The translations under genes and the position numbers were made by a program. From NCBI RefSeq assembly GCF_001194135.2, contig NC_068984.1:121927802-121991801 (forward strand): 64,000 nt of DNA, written 5' to 3'. Positions within the stretch are counted from its first letter, which is position 1. The number at the start of each line of letters is the position of its first letter. The notes under the pieces were generated by a model that saw only the letters and a list, made by a program, of their open reading frames with translations, was not told the DNA's origin and searched no databases. Source of the DNA: Octopus bimaculoides. Lineage: Eukaryota. Shown piece by piece: positions 53,418-64,000 of the stretch.

Positions 53418-53885
53418 TCATGCTAGTGCATGCTAATTTAGTCAGCAGTTATTCTGTCTTTATGTTTTGTAACAAGTTTTCTCAAGTCTCAGGAATTTTC
53501 TTTAGAATTCTTGCAGAATATAGGATGGTACTTTTCTGCAGGTCAACAATGCAAATTTCAATTCCAATTTCTTTCAGTCTTTTAGATAGCCTTTTTTGCT
53601 GTTGTGCCAAGTGCACCAATTACTACTAGGAATAAATGTTGTCTTGGTATTCCATATTCTCCTCAGCCTTCAGGCTAGATCCTGATATTTCTCATTTTTC
53701 TATTTTTGTATCAGCTCTGCTATCAAAGGGAATTGCAAAATCTATGATCTTACACTGTTTGTTTATTTTGTCCTCTATTATCATATCCAGTCTTCTTGTT
53801 TCAATAGTATGGTCAGTCTTTATGGGGAAATCCCACAAGATCTTGCAATTCTCATTTTCTGTCACAGCCTCTGGTCTGTGTTCAT
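53418..53885 (-). mobile_element. 5'-truncated R4/Dong-like non-LTR retrotransposon, copy 3 (RLE domain)
   Basis: YEHRPEAVTENENCKILWDFPIKTDHTIETRRLDMIIEDK...IIDFAIPFD...KYQDLA...VVIGALG...LQKSTILYSARILKK, with stops and frameshifts; (TAA)n on both sides in element orientation. Confidence 0.85.
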
Positions 53886-54559
53886 ATTATTATTATCATT
53901 ATTATTATTATTATTATTATTAAGGCGGTGAACTGATGGAATCATTAGCATGCCAAGCAAAATGCTTAACAGTATTTCATCTGTCTTTATGTCTTGAGTT
54001 CAAATTCCACCAAGGTCAAATTTGCCTTTCATCCTTTCAGGGTTGATAAAATAAGTACCAGATGAGTACTGGAGTCAGTGTAATTAACTATCCCACAAAA
54101 TTTCAGACCTTGTGTCTATAGTAAAAAGGATTATTATTAGAGAAAATCATTAGAACATCAGACAAAATGCATGTGCTGTTTTGCTTTTTCCTTTCTGGGG
54201 TCAACAAAATAAAGTTCTCAGTCAAGTACTTCCCTATTTTTTTTGTATTTATATATTTCCTTAATACTCTGATCTGTTTCCATTTGCTTGCATCTCACTA
54301 TTGTTCTAATTCTGCTGTTTTTACTCTGTACTTGTTCTCCATTTACATCAGGCTCTGTCTTCCATGACATTACTATTATTAGTACAAGTATTGTTGACTT
54401 GTGAACATTATTGAACAGTCACTGGCACATCTACAGTGGATCTGACTCTCCAACTCTCTTAAACCTTGTTGTGTCCAATGCCCTTGACTCAGCATTAACC
54501 ACTTTGGCCAGTCCTTCCTCTTTAGAACATCATCCCTCTGCAATATTCTCCCTGCTCAT

Positions 54560-56055
54560 GTTTTTCTTAAAATATTAACAGCATCAGTTTCACCAGTCTC
54601 AGAGGGTTTGCACAGGATATGAGCACTGCCTCTCTTTCCAAATTTAGTAAGTATACAAAAACAAAAAAACTCTGCTACAAAGGCAAAAGTGATGATCTAG
54701 AAAGCAGTAACTCCAGAGGCATTAAACTGATAATCCAAGTTATGAAAGTAACAGAAAGAGCTATAACACAACTAATTATGAAGAGGATTAACTTAAGTGA
54801 GATGCAGTCTGGGTTTTACACTAGAGCAGAATACTATTAATACTTTCTTCTAAGAAAAATAAATACAGGAAAAGCTGTTAGCTAGGAACAAGCTACTACA
54901 TAGAGCATTTATTGATCTCAAGAAGGCTTTTGTGAGGGCACCACACTCTGATAGTTGTTAAGGAAACTAGGTTTAAATGAAAGGATGTTGAGAGCTATGA
55001 AAGCTATGCACAGAGATTATGTCAGTAAGCTGTGTTAGCAATGAGTTCAGTGAGGTTTTTATTGTGTAGGTAGGTGTCAACCAGCATTTGATTCTCAGCC
55101 CCCCCCCCCCGGTCTTCTTTATTATAATTCTCCAGGCCATTCAAGAGGAATTTAAGATCAGCTGTCCATGGGAACCTTTGTATACCTATCTCTGATAGCT
55201 GAATCTGTTGAAGAATTAGAGAAGCAATTCCAAATGTTGAATTGGGATCTTAAAGTAAACCTAGCAGGAAAGAAGGCAGGACTCTACTACCATCTGAGAA
55301 ATGGCCATGTGCTATATGCAGAAAGAAGCAGAAATTCAGTACTATGTACCTAATATAATCTATGATGTAAAAGAAATGCAGTAAAATCATTGGCAGGCTG
55401 ACAGAAAGATACACAATAGTAGTTAGCAGTAAGAGTACCTACAAATTAAGTTCTTTGAAATGTCTGGATGTCTTACTAAAAGTAATTGACAGTTTCTGCT
55501 ACCTAGGTAAACTAAATTAACAGTGGTGATGGGTTGTCTAAAACCATAGTAACCAGAACAAAATAGGAAAAGATCAGTGAACTATAACCTCTGCTGGTGA
55601 CAAAGGGATTTTCTCAATGAGTGAAGGGCAGATTGTATGAAGTATGATATTGCATGGTAGAGACATACGGGCACTGAATGCATAGGATAAGCAAAGGTTG
55701 GAAAAAAATTAGGCAAACATATTCTACTAGATGCATAGTGTTAGTGTGCTTGAATGACAGAGCACAAATAATCTGAAAGGAAAACTGGTGTAAGAGGAAT
55801 CATGTGTAGAGTGCATAAGAGAAGCTTGAACTGGTATGAATGCATGGTGCGTATGATGGATGACAGTTGGGTACAGAAGTGCCAAGAGATCTAAGTAGAA
55901 GTAACCTATAGAGGACGAAGGGTTAGTGAATGCTGATCTTAAGAAGCTGAATCCCACCAGTGATATGATAAAGGGCTACAAGGAGTGAAATATTATGCTG
56001 AAAAAGACATATCCAACCCATCCAAGCAGAGAAATAACATACACATAATGAACGA
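54560..56055 (+). mobile_element. Degenerate RTE-clade LINE (RT domain to 3' end)
   Basis: Frameshifted YKGKSDDLESSNSRGIKLIIQVMKVTER...EMQSGF, AFIDLKKAF and PWE-L-Y motifs; ends in ccaacccat...(GAT)n-like tail. Boundaries approximate. Confidence 0.75.
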
Positions 56056-56227
56056 TGATGGTGATCGAGAGAAACACTTTAGTTAGAGAAGGGAATTGTT
56101 TGTCTTAGAGCAGTGTTTATAGCCTTTTATAGGCAGTCAATACAATTGCTAAGGATTACAATAGTATTAAGGTAGCAATTCTGAAGGTGTAAACCAGATA
56201 ACAGTAACAGCCATCTATGACATTTAC

Positions 56228-56265
56228 CTTGGAAAAATTCTGACAGAAAGCTACAATTTACCTTT
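56228..56265 (-). other. Candidate short exon ((R)KVNCSFLSEFFQ(G))
   Basis: Long pyrimidine tract ending ttttCAG|AAAG...CCAAG|GTAAAT; an internal alternative donor and acceptor are present. Confidence 0.3.
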
Positions 56266-56741
56266 CTGAAAATGAAATCAATGAGAAGGAAAAAGCAAAG
56301 CAAAAAAATAAATAAATTAATAAAATAACCCAAAACATTGTAATAATAATAATAATAATAATAATAATGATTTCTTAAGAATAAGAATAAGAACAATACC
56401 AACAACAATCTAATGCTTTCTAAATACAGACAGAAATCAATGGAAGCAATATGAAATGAGTAAACCATATAAATTATTGATCTGAGGAAGAAGATGGAGA
56501 GATTGAGACAGACAGAGGAGAAAGAGATAGAGAGAGAAATACATACACACATACACACATATATATAGCAAGAGAAGGAGAGAGAGATTTAAAGAGATGA
56601 AGAAGATAAACAGAGTAACAGAGTGAGTGAGAGAGAAGTGAGAGATAGACAGAATGGCAAACAGAGGAAAAGAGAGACAAGACAGATAGACAGGCAGGCT
56701 GGCAGACAGGCAGGCAGGCAGGCAGACAGACAGACAGACAT

Positions 56742-56778
<37 letters not shown>

Positions 56779-56970
56779 AAAACAGATAGTCAGACAAGCA
56801 CACAGAATAAGCTGAAAGACAGCTAGAAAAAGATTCTGAAGATGTTGTTTTGAAAACTTTCCAACACAAAAATATAACAATATAAAAAAGGGAAAAACAG
56901 AAAGTAAAATCAAGAAAGAAAAAAAAGACTCAAGCCTCTTTCCCATCTATTACTATTAGTAATATTACTA

Positions 56971-57015
<45 letters not shown>

Positions 57016-57749
57016 TAGACTTCCAGTATCAAAAGAAAAGTAGAGGTAGCTAGAGAAGTCCTGACCTCCAGTATATTTTACGAAAAGGTGACTGAAAGTG
57101 GAGAGAGTTTTAGAGTTAGTCTTGTCTGAATGGCTCTCTTCTCCCAACTTGTGTTTGTAAACTGACAGCATTTTGTTTTAATGTTTAATGGCAATTACAG
57201 TGAAGGGTTGAGATAGGGTGCGGATTTGTCTTATGTAAATAACTCTATTCATCCCTCTGGGATATTACATCACTGCACACATACATATAACTATACACAC
57301 ACAGACAGACAGACAGATAGACACACACACACACACACACACACANNNNNNNNNNNNNNNNNNNNNNNNNNNNNNNNNNNNNNNNNNNNNNNNNNNNNNN
57401 NNNNNNNNNNNNNNNNNNNNNNNNNNNNNNNNNNNNNNNNNNNNNNNNNNNNNNNNNNNNNNNNNNNNNNNNNNNNNNNNNNNNNNNNNNNNNNNNNNNN
57501 NNNNNNNNNNNNNNNNNNNNNNNNNNNNNNNNNNNNNNNNNNNNNNNNNNNNNNNNNNNNNNNNNNNNNNNNNNNNNNACACACACACACACACACACAT
57601 ATATACATGTATATATATAATATATATATATATGTGCATGTGTGTGTGTGCATGTATACATATATGTATACATGCACACACACACATGCACATATATATA
57701 TATATTATATATATACATGTATATATGTGTGTGTGTGTGTATGTGTATA

Positions 57750-58636
57750 CAGGATGCAGTGAATAAACTGTTGTCTAAATTATACAAAAACGAAAATAAC
57801 ACTGACATCTCATTTTAACAGTTATATTTACCAAAATTACATAAAAATATTTTGAAATACTAAAGAGTAAATTTATTCAATAAAATCACCATTGGCTCCA
57901 ACTATGGCCTCCAAATGACTTTGGAATCACCTGCAACTTTTCTAGATGGTCTCCTTGTTTAAGTTGGTGAATGCTGCCATAATCCTTGCCTTCAGTTCAT
58001 CTTTGGTGTTACAAGGAGTTTTGTTGGTCTCTCACTCAACTGCACACCACACATAATAATCAAGGGAGTTGCAGTCTGGGGAGTTAGGTGGCTAGATATT
58101 AAGGGTGGTGTGGTCGCAGAAATTGTCTGACAGCTATGACTGGGTTCTCCTACTTGTGTGGCATGGTGCAGAGTCCTGTTGCCAGTCATAGGGTATTCCA
58201 GCAGCTACCTTCTTGACCTAGGGCAGCACTACCACCTCCAGGCATTTAATGTAGGTCTCCATGTTGAGTCTGAGGCTGCGTGGGAAGATGAATGGAGGCA
58301 TAACGTCACCATCACTAGTGATCACTCCAAACACCATGATGTTGACTGGATGTTTGATTTTTATCACTCTTGGTAGATGTCCTCAGATTGCACTGTCCAT
58401 AGACTGACACCCAAACACTCAGAAATGTTTGTATTGGAGCTTCCAGCATGAATGCCAAGCAGTACAGCATATTGTTACCAAATTTCTGGAAGTGTGAATT
58501 GTGGCATGGTGCTGTTTTTCTCTCAGATGGTACCCAACTGACCCTACTATACTGTGTAGTTTACAAAATCAAAAACAAAGGATGCACATATACGAAATTA
58601 AAAATATAAAATGAAAATTTAAATCATCGCACCCTG
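57750..58636 (-). mobile_element. Internally deleted maT (DD37D) Tc1/mariner element
   Basis: WQQDSAPCHTSRRTQS*LSDNFCDHTTLNI*PPNSPDCNSLDYYVW...NTKDELKARIMAAF; 37 residues between the Asp residues; degenerate CAGG(G/A)TGC termini. Confidence 0.8.
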
Positions 58637-59473
58637 GCATTAGGAAGGGCATCCAACTGTAGAAACTCTGCCAGATTAGATTGGAGCCTGGTGCAGCCAC
58701 CTGGTTCGCCAGTCCTCAGTCAACTCGTCCAACCCATGCTAGCATGGAAAACAGACGTTAAATGATGATGATGATATATATCAGGAGTGACAGCACTAAA
58801 CAGTGGTTCTTAGAAATACAAACTTGTTACCATTTCAACTATACTTGAGGCATATTCAAACCTGTAAGAAAGCTTTTTCACTGTCTTTTGTCATGGAGAA
58901 AATTTCTCACCGTAAATAAACAGGTGTAAATACACTGAGTCAGCTCACAGCATCCCCTAACCAGACTGTTGGATACATGTATTTCAGAATGTCTTCAGCT
59001 ACAGAGACTAGAGAGGCAGACACTACGAAATGACACAAGAGACAGGTCCCTCTTTTAATATTCGAATCATCATTCAATGACTGGTTGTGCTATTCAGGGG
59101 GGTCACCATAAATAATATACAGGGTGACAGCGTTAAGCAGTGATGTGTCTAAATACAAACTCATTACCATTTCAAGTATGCTTGAGATACAAGTGGAAAT
59201 GTAAGAAAGCCATTCACTGTATTTTGTCATGACTGGTGGGAGCACTGTGACCGGACTTGATGTACTTATACATATTTGTCTACAAGAAACTTGCTCCCTG
59301 ACAAGATATAACGAATGAATTTCTTACAGGTTTAAATACATCCCAAGCATATTTGAACTGGCAACAAGTGTATATGAATATTTGTGTATGTGATATATAT
59401 ATGTAGAAGGTTGAAAAGGAACACATGGGTTGATATGTATAAGCAAAATAAGAGAAAGTAGAAAATGCTAAAA

Positions 59474-59782
59474 TTATTTTATTATGGAGAACATTTTAGT
59501 ACCGGTCTTTGCGATTTTTTCAACTTAGCATGAAAAACAATTAAATTGTGGAAAAATTAAATGAAATGTTTTTTAAAAAATATTTCCATAGTTTTCAAAT
59601 GCAAGGAACATTTTCCATTTTTCTGTCTGTCTGTGTCTCTCTTTTACTTATTTTTACAATATTAAAAAAAAAACATTTCATTTAATATTTCCGCAATTTA
59701 ATTGTTTTTCATGCTTTACTCTAAGTTGAAAAAGTCACAAAGACTGAAACCAGTACTAAAATGCTCTTCATGATAAAATTAT
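59474..59782. repeat. Foldback inverted repeat with about 110-125-bp arms and 75-bp spacer
   Basis: 59474-59583 is the reverse complement of 59658-59782 with a few substitutions and two small indels. Confidence 0.85.
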
Positions 59783-60927
59783 NNNNNNNNNNAATATCAT
59801 TATCATTTAATGTCTGTTGTCCATGCTGGCATGTAATTATATTATTTGTATTATTTTGCTTGGAAAATTTTATAGATTTTTAAAAAAAAATAATTAATTA
59901 GAATATTTTTATATTTTTTTAAATAATTAATGAGAATATTTTTATATTTTTACTTGAAGTAATAACATCTTCACCTCTGACTGTTTCCTTCTGTGCCCTT
60001 GTGGCAAATATAGCATCACTACCACCACCACCACCACCAGTACCACCACACTGCTGCACAAACCCCACACCATCATCATTTTATTACTGTTGCTATTGTT
60101 ATTACCTTTATTAAAAAGAAATCGTTATTATTGCTATTACTATTATTGTTGTAGCTACCAGCACCGCCACCACTAACTACCATCATCATCATCATCATCA
60201 TTATCACCACCACCACCACCACCACCATCGCTATCGTCATGCAGTGTGTTTTAGTTATAGACGTCTTTATTTGCAGTCAATCTGACACAGCTAATACAGC
60301 AAGCAACTAACTAACTGCGTCAGGCTTCCCCTGACAACCAACCAGCCAACCAGTCCAAGCCAGTAGTTCACTAAATGTCACAGCTCACCCCTTGCTCCAA
60401 CTCCTGCCCTCCAAGCTCAAGCCAGACAAGTTTCAGATGTCAAACATTAAGATTCTTTCATAGTTCTTTGATTTAACAATACACTGGAGAAGTGGGTGGA
60501 CTATATATTTAGATGTTGCTCTCAAATGGTAATTTATTCTCAGGTATCGTCGTCATCAGCGTCATCACCACCACCACTATCATCATCATCATCATCGTCA
60601 TCGTCATCGTCATCATCATCATCATCATCACCATCATCATTTCAATCACAAACAGACACAAACAAACAAATACTATATTCTTAGTGTTTTTGTCTACTGC
60701 ATGCGTGGGAGCATGTGTTTGTATTTGTTTATGTCTGTGGTTGTGCGTGCGTGTGCGTGTGTGATATGTTTCTGTTGTTAACGGTGAAGGCTGGTTGTTT
60801 TTTGATGTTCTTTGATGGTAAGAAGAAAACTAGTGGATTTGGTGGATGCTACTATTTTAGTAGTTACAATCAGATTTCTAGCTGGTTGATATGGGGGACT
60901 GGTGTAAACAAAAGTTCTAGAACGTAC

Positions 60928-60957
60928 CTGCAATATCTCATGAACAGTGAAGTTCAC
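60928..60957 (-). other. Candidate 30-nt frame-preserving exon (VNFTVHEILQ)
   Basis: ttttactttcttctttttaactatgctttcTAG|GTGAAC...TTGCAG|GTACGT; only phase 0 is open. Host gene unknown. Confidence 0.4.
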
Positions 60958-62263
60958 CTAGAAAGCATAGTTAAAAAGAAGAAAGTAAAATGCATAAGTA
61001 GTAGATGCAGGTGTGGCTGTGTGGTAAGAATTTTGCTTCCCAACCACATGGTTCTGGGTTCAGTCCCACTGTGCAACACCTTGAGCAAAAGTGTCTCCAG
61101 CTGTATATAGCCTCAGGTTGACCAGCAACTTGAGAATAGATTTGGTAGATGGATGGTGCATTGTGTTCTAGAGCAAAATACTTAATTTCATGTTGCTCCA
61201 GTCCTCCCTTTCAATCTGGGGGGGGNNNNNNNNNNNNNNNNNNNNNNGGGGGGGGGGGGGAGAGGAGAAGGGAATATTGATCTGCTTACCTAGTCAGTGG
61301 GGTGGCATCATTCGAAAGCTAAAGCGATGCAAAGTGCATTGTGACCAGCGATGTGTAACAACATGATAGTCTGGCCTGTCATGTGATCACGCGATATATA
61401 TATATATATATATACATGTGTGTGTGTGTGTGTGTGTGTGAGAGAGTGTATTTGTCCCACACACCTGGTACACAAATGGCATAATTTAGCGGCTCAGCAC
61501 AAGAGACTGATAAAATAAGTAAGTACCAGGCTAAAAAAATTAAGTACTAGGTTGATTCAGTTAAGTAAACCAGTTCAAGTATGGTGCTCCAGTATGGCCA
61601 CAGTCCAATGAATGAAAGAAGTAAAAGATAAAAGATAATGCAAAAGACATAGATTGCTGCTACAGCAAGCTCTAACCGCGTATGGCCCCTACTGGTACAT
61701 TCAATATAAACAATCACATATATCTACAAAACCCCAGAGAATACTACAACACACTTCCAAAACACTATGCTGTCAATTGACTCCAGACAAACAAATACAT
61801 GTACACAACATTGATGCCCTAAATACTGGGCTGGGATATATCCCCAAAGGTATTTATCTTTTTATCTTTTAATTGTTTCAGTCATTGAACTGTGTCCATG
61901 CTGGAGCACTCATATAATCCATTCATTATTTAACACCTAAAACGTCTTGGCTCTTGGCACCTCTTCACCAAAGAGCATAGGCTCTTATCAAAACCTTCTT
62001 CTGAACAGATTTATTGTCTATCTTTTACTTGCTTCAGTCAGTCATGCTGGGGCACTGCCTTGAAGGGTTTAGTCAAATAAATCAACCCCACTACTTAATT
62101 TCTAAGTCTAGTACATATTTTATTGATAATTTTTGCTGAACTGCTAAGTTAGAGGGACATAAACAAATCAATACTGGTTGTTGAGAAGGTTGGGCAAACA
62201 CAATCACAAAGACACGTGTGCACACACACACACATGTAAAGGTACATTGTCAAGTGGTTAGAG

Positions 62264-63033
62264 CAGTGTTTCTCAACCTTTTTACCATTGTGTAACCCTT
62301 AAAACAAATTACATGCCACAAGGAACCCCTGCACAAAAAATATTATATACCATATCTGTCTCATATTTTTTTCATTGTAGTTCATGTGGAAAATATATAT
62401 ATATAGGTGCAGGAGTGACTGTATGGTAAGAAGTTTGCTTCCCAACCACATGGTTCCGGGCATGTATCTTCTACTATAGCCTCGGGCCGACCAAAGCCTT
62501 GTGAGTGGATTTGGTAGATGGAAACTGAAAGAAGCCCGTTGTACATATGTATGTATGTATGTATATNNNNNNNNNNNNNNNNNNNNNNNNNNNNNNNNNN
62601 NNNNNNNNNNNNNNNNNNNNNNNNNNNNNNNNNNNNNNNNNNNNNNNNNNNNNNNNNNNNNNNNNNNNNNNNNNNNNNNNNNNNNNNNNNNNNNNNNNNN
62701 NNNNNNNNNNNNNNNNNNNNNNNNNNNNNNNNNNNNNNNNNNNNNNNNNNNNNNNNNNNNNNNNNNNNNNNNNNNNNNNNNNNNNNNNNNNNNNNNNNNN
62801 NNNNNNNNNNNNNNNNNNNNNNNNNNNNNNNNNNNNNNNNNNNNNNNNNNNNNNNNNNNNNNNNATATATGGTTGTTATATTTTTTGATAACATAACAGG
62901 TTAGATAGGATGATGTCAATATTACAATAACCAATAATATGTTGTGTATGTATAGTAATATTATGATCATGAAATTAGCAGAACCCTTTTGCAGAACCCT
63001 AGGGTTCCGGGGAACCCTGGTTGAGAAACGCTG
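62264..63033. mobile_element. hAT-type MITE inserted into a SINE and itself carrying a SINE
   Basis: CAGTGTTTCTCAACC...GGTTGAGAAACGCTG with perfect 8-bp TSD GGTTAGAG at 62256-62263 and 63034-63041. Confidence 0.85.
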
Positions 63034-63777
63034 GGTTAGAGTATCACGCTCATGATTGCAAAATTGTGATTTTGACTGCCAGACAGGCAGCATGTTGTGT
63101 TCTTGAGCAAAACACTTCATTTCATGTTGTTCCAGTCACTCAACTGTAAATGGATAACCCTGAGACAGACTGGCATTCAGTTCAAGGGAAATTTGGCCTG
63201 CCTGCCTGGCCAGCAGGAAAGCTTCATTTGAAAGCTATGACAATGTGAGGAAGCGCATTGTGATCAGCGATAAATAGCAATATCTGATAGCCTGGTAAAT
63301 ACAGTAAGACATACACATATATATGCATAAAGGTGTAGGTCCTGCTGTGTGGTAAGAAGTTTGTTTCCCAACCACATAGCTCCAGGCTCATTCTCACTGG
63401 GTAGTATAGCCCAGGTCAATGAAAGTCCTATGAGTGAATTTCACAGAAGGAAACTGAAAGAAGCCATCACATATGTGTGTGTACGTGTGTTTGTGCGTGC
63501 ACATGTATGTATTTGTATGTGTTGCATGTATGTGTGTATTTACACCCTTGTCTTGACATCATGGCTGTAAATTGTCATACAAACAATGTCGGTCATTTAG
63601 TGTCTTTATGGAAAACACATCTGGCTATGGGGTAATATTGCCCCATCATGGCTTGCTTGGAAACAAATGAGGGTTGGCAACAAGAAGGGTATCTGGTCAT
63701 AGAAAATCTGCCTCAACAAAATTCATATGACTCATGTAAGCATGGAAAAGTGGATATGAAAACGTTGATGACAACAG

Positions 63778-63820
<43 letters not shown>

Positions 63821-64000
63821 ATACTGGCTTCAGTTGGCATGCCTTTGGACTCCATCACCGAGAGAGAAAATCATAATTGCTTTGGAATTGTGAAGGTTAA
63901 TGTCACTCTCAAGTGCCCTATACAAAAAAAGGATTTATTTGGGGCAGTCAATCTCACTAGGAGCCTTAGACCTCTTTATCAACTATATCTTTAGCTGTGA

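Noticed and set aside
60928-60957. VNFTV resemblance to the N-terminus of eEF2 (MVNFTVDQIR)
   Set aside because: Only five residues match and no GTPase G1 exon (IAHVDHGKSTL) follows anywhere in the window.
183-63893. The many 60-340 aa ORFs rich in poly-I/L/Y/N/H/S, CV, HT, YI or X
   Set aside because: They are translations of microsatellites, SINEs or N-gaps; none has a recognisable domain apart from the TE and DUS4L pieces listed.
1-64000. CRISPR-like arrays, operons or other prokaryotic systems
   Set aside because: The sequence is intron-rich eukaryotic DNA; recurring motifs are dispersed SINE copies, not regular repeat-spacer units.
34000-64000. A head-to-head COG5 gene as in vertebrate DUS4L loci
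   Set aside because: No COG5-like or other recognisable plus-strand coding exon was found; synteny cannot be assumed.

Overview
Eukaryotic, AT-rich, microsatellite- and SINE-saturated genomic DNA with about ten N-gaps; the repeat repertoire suggests an octopus or other cephalopod (inference). The only protein-coding gene I can identify is the 5' half of a tRNA-dihydrouridine(20a/20b) synthase gene (DUS4L) on the minus strand: coding exons 33509-33660, 2438-2559 and 1032-1107, with phase-consistent GT-AG junctions and a 30.9-kb intron; its remaining exons lie left of the window and its non-coding 5' exon was not located. The rest is mostly transposable-element debris: a near-intact 1286-bp mariner, an internally deleted Gypsy element with 5-bp TSD, three R4/Dong-like fragments in (TAA)n, HERO-like, pogo, maT (DD37D) and RTE fragments, piggyBac-, hAT- and Helentron-type non-autonomous elements, and four SINE-like families. 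There is also a tRNA-Lys(CTT) pseudogene. The observations not explained by these are a decayed duplicate of the DUS4L start exon, a 47-bp hairpin that pairs better on the DUS4L-transcribed strand, two strong short-exon candidates at 56.2 and 60.9 kb that may belong to an unrecognised minus-strand gene, and a possible fossil gene in the big intron. I found no prokaryote-type system (CRISPR, operon) and no demonstrable new biological system. All alignments and counts were done by hand, and TE boundaries without a TIR or TSD are approximate.
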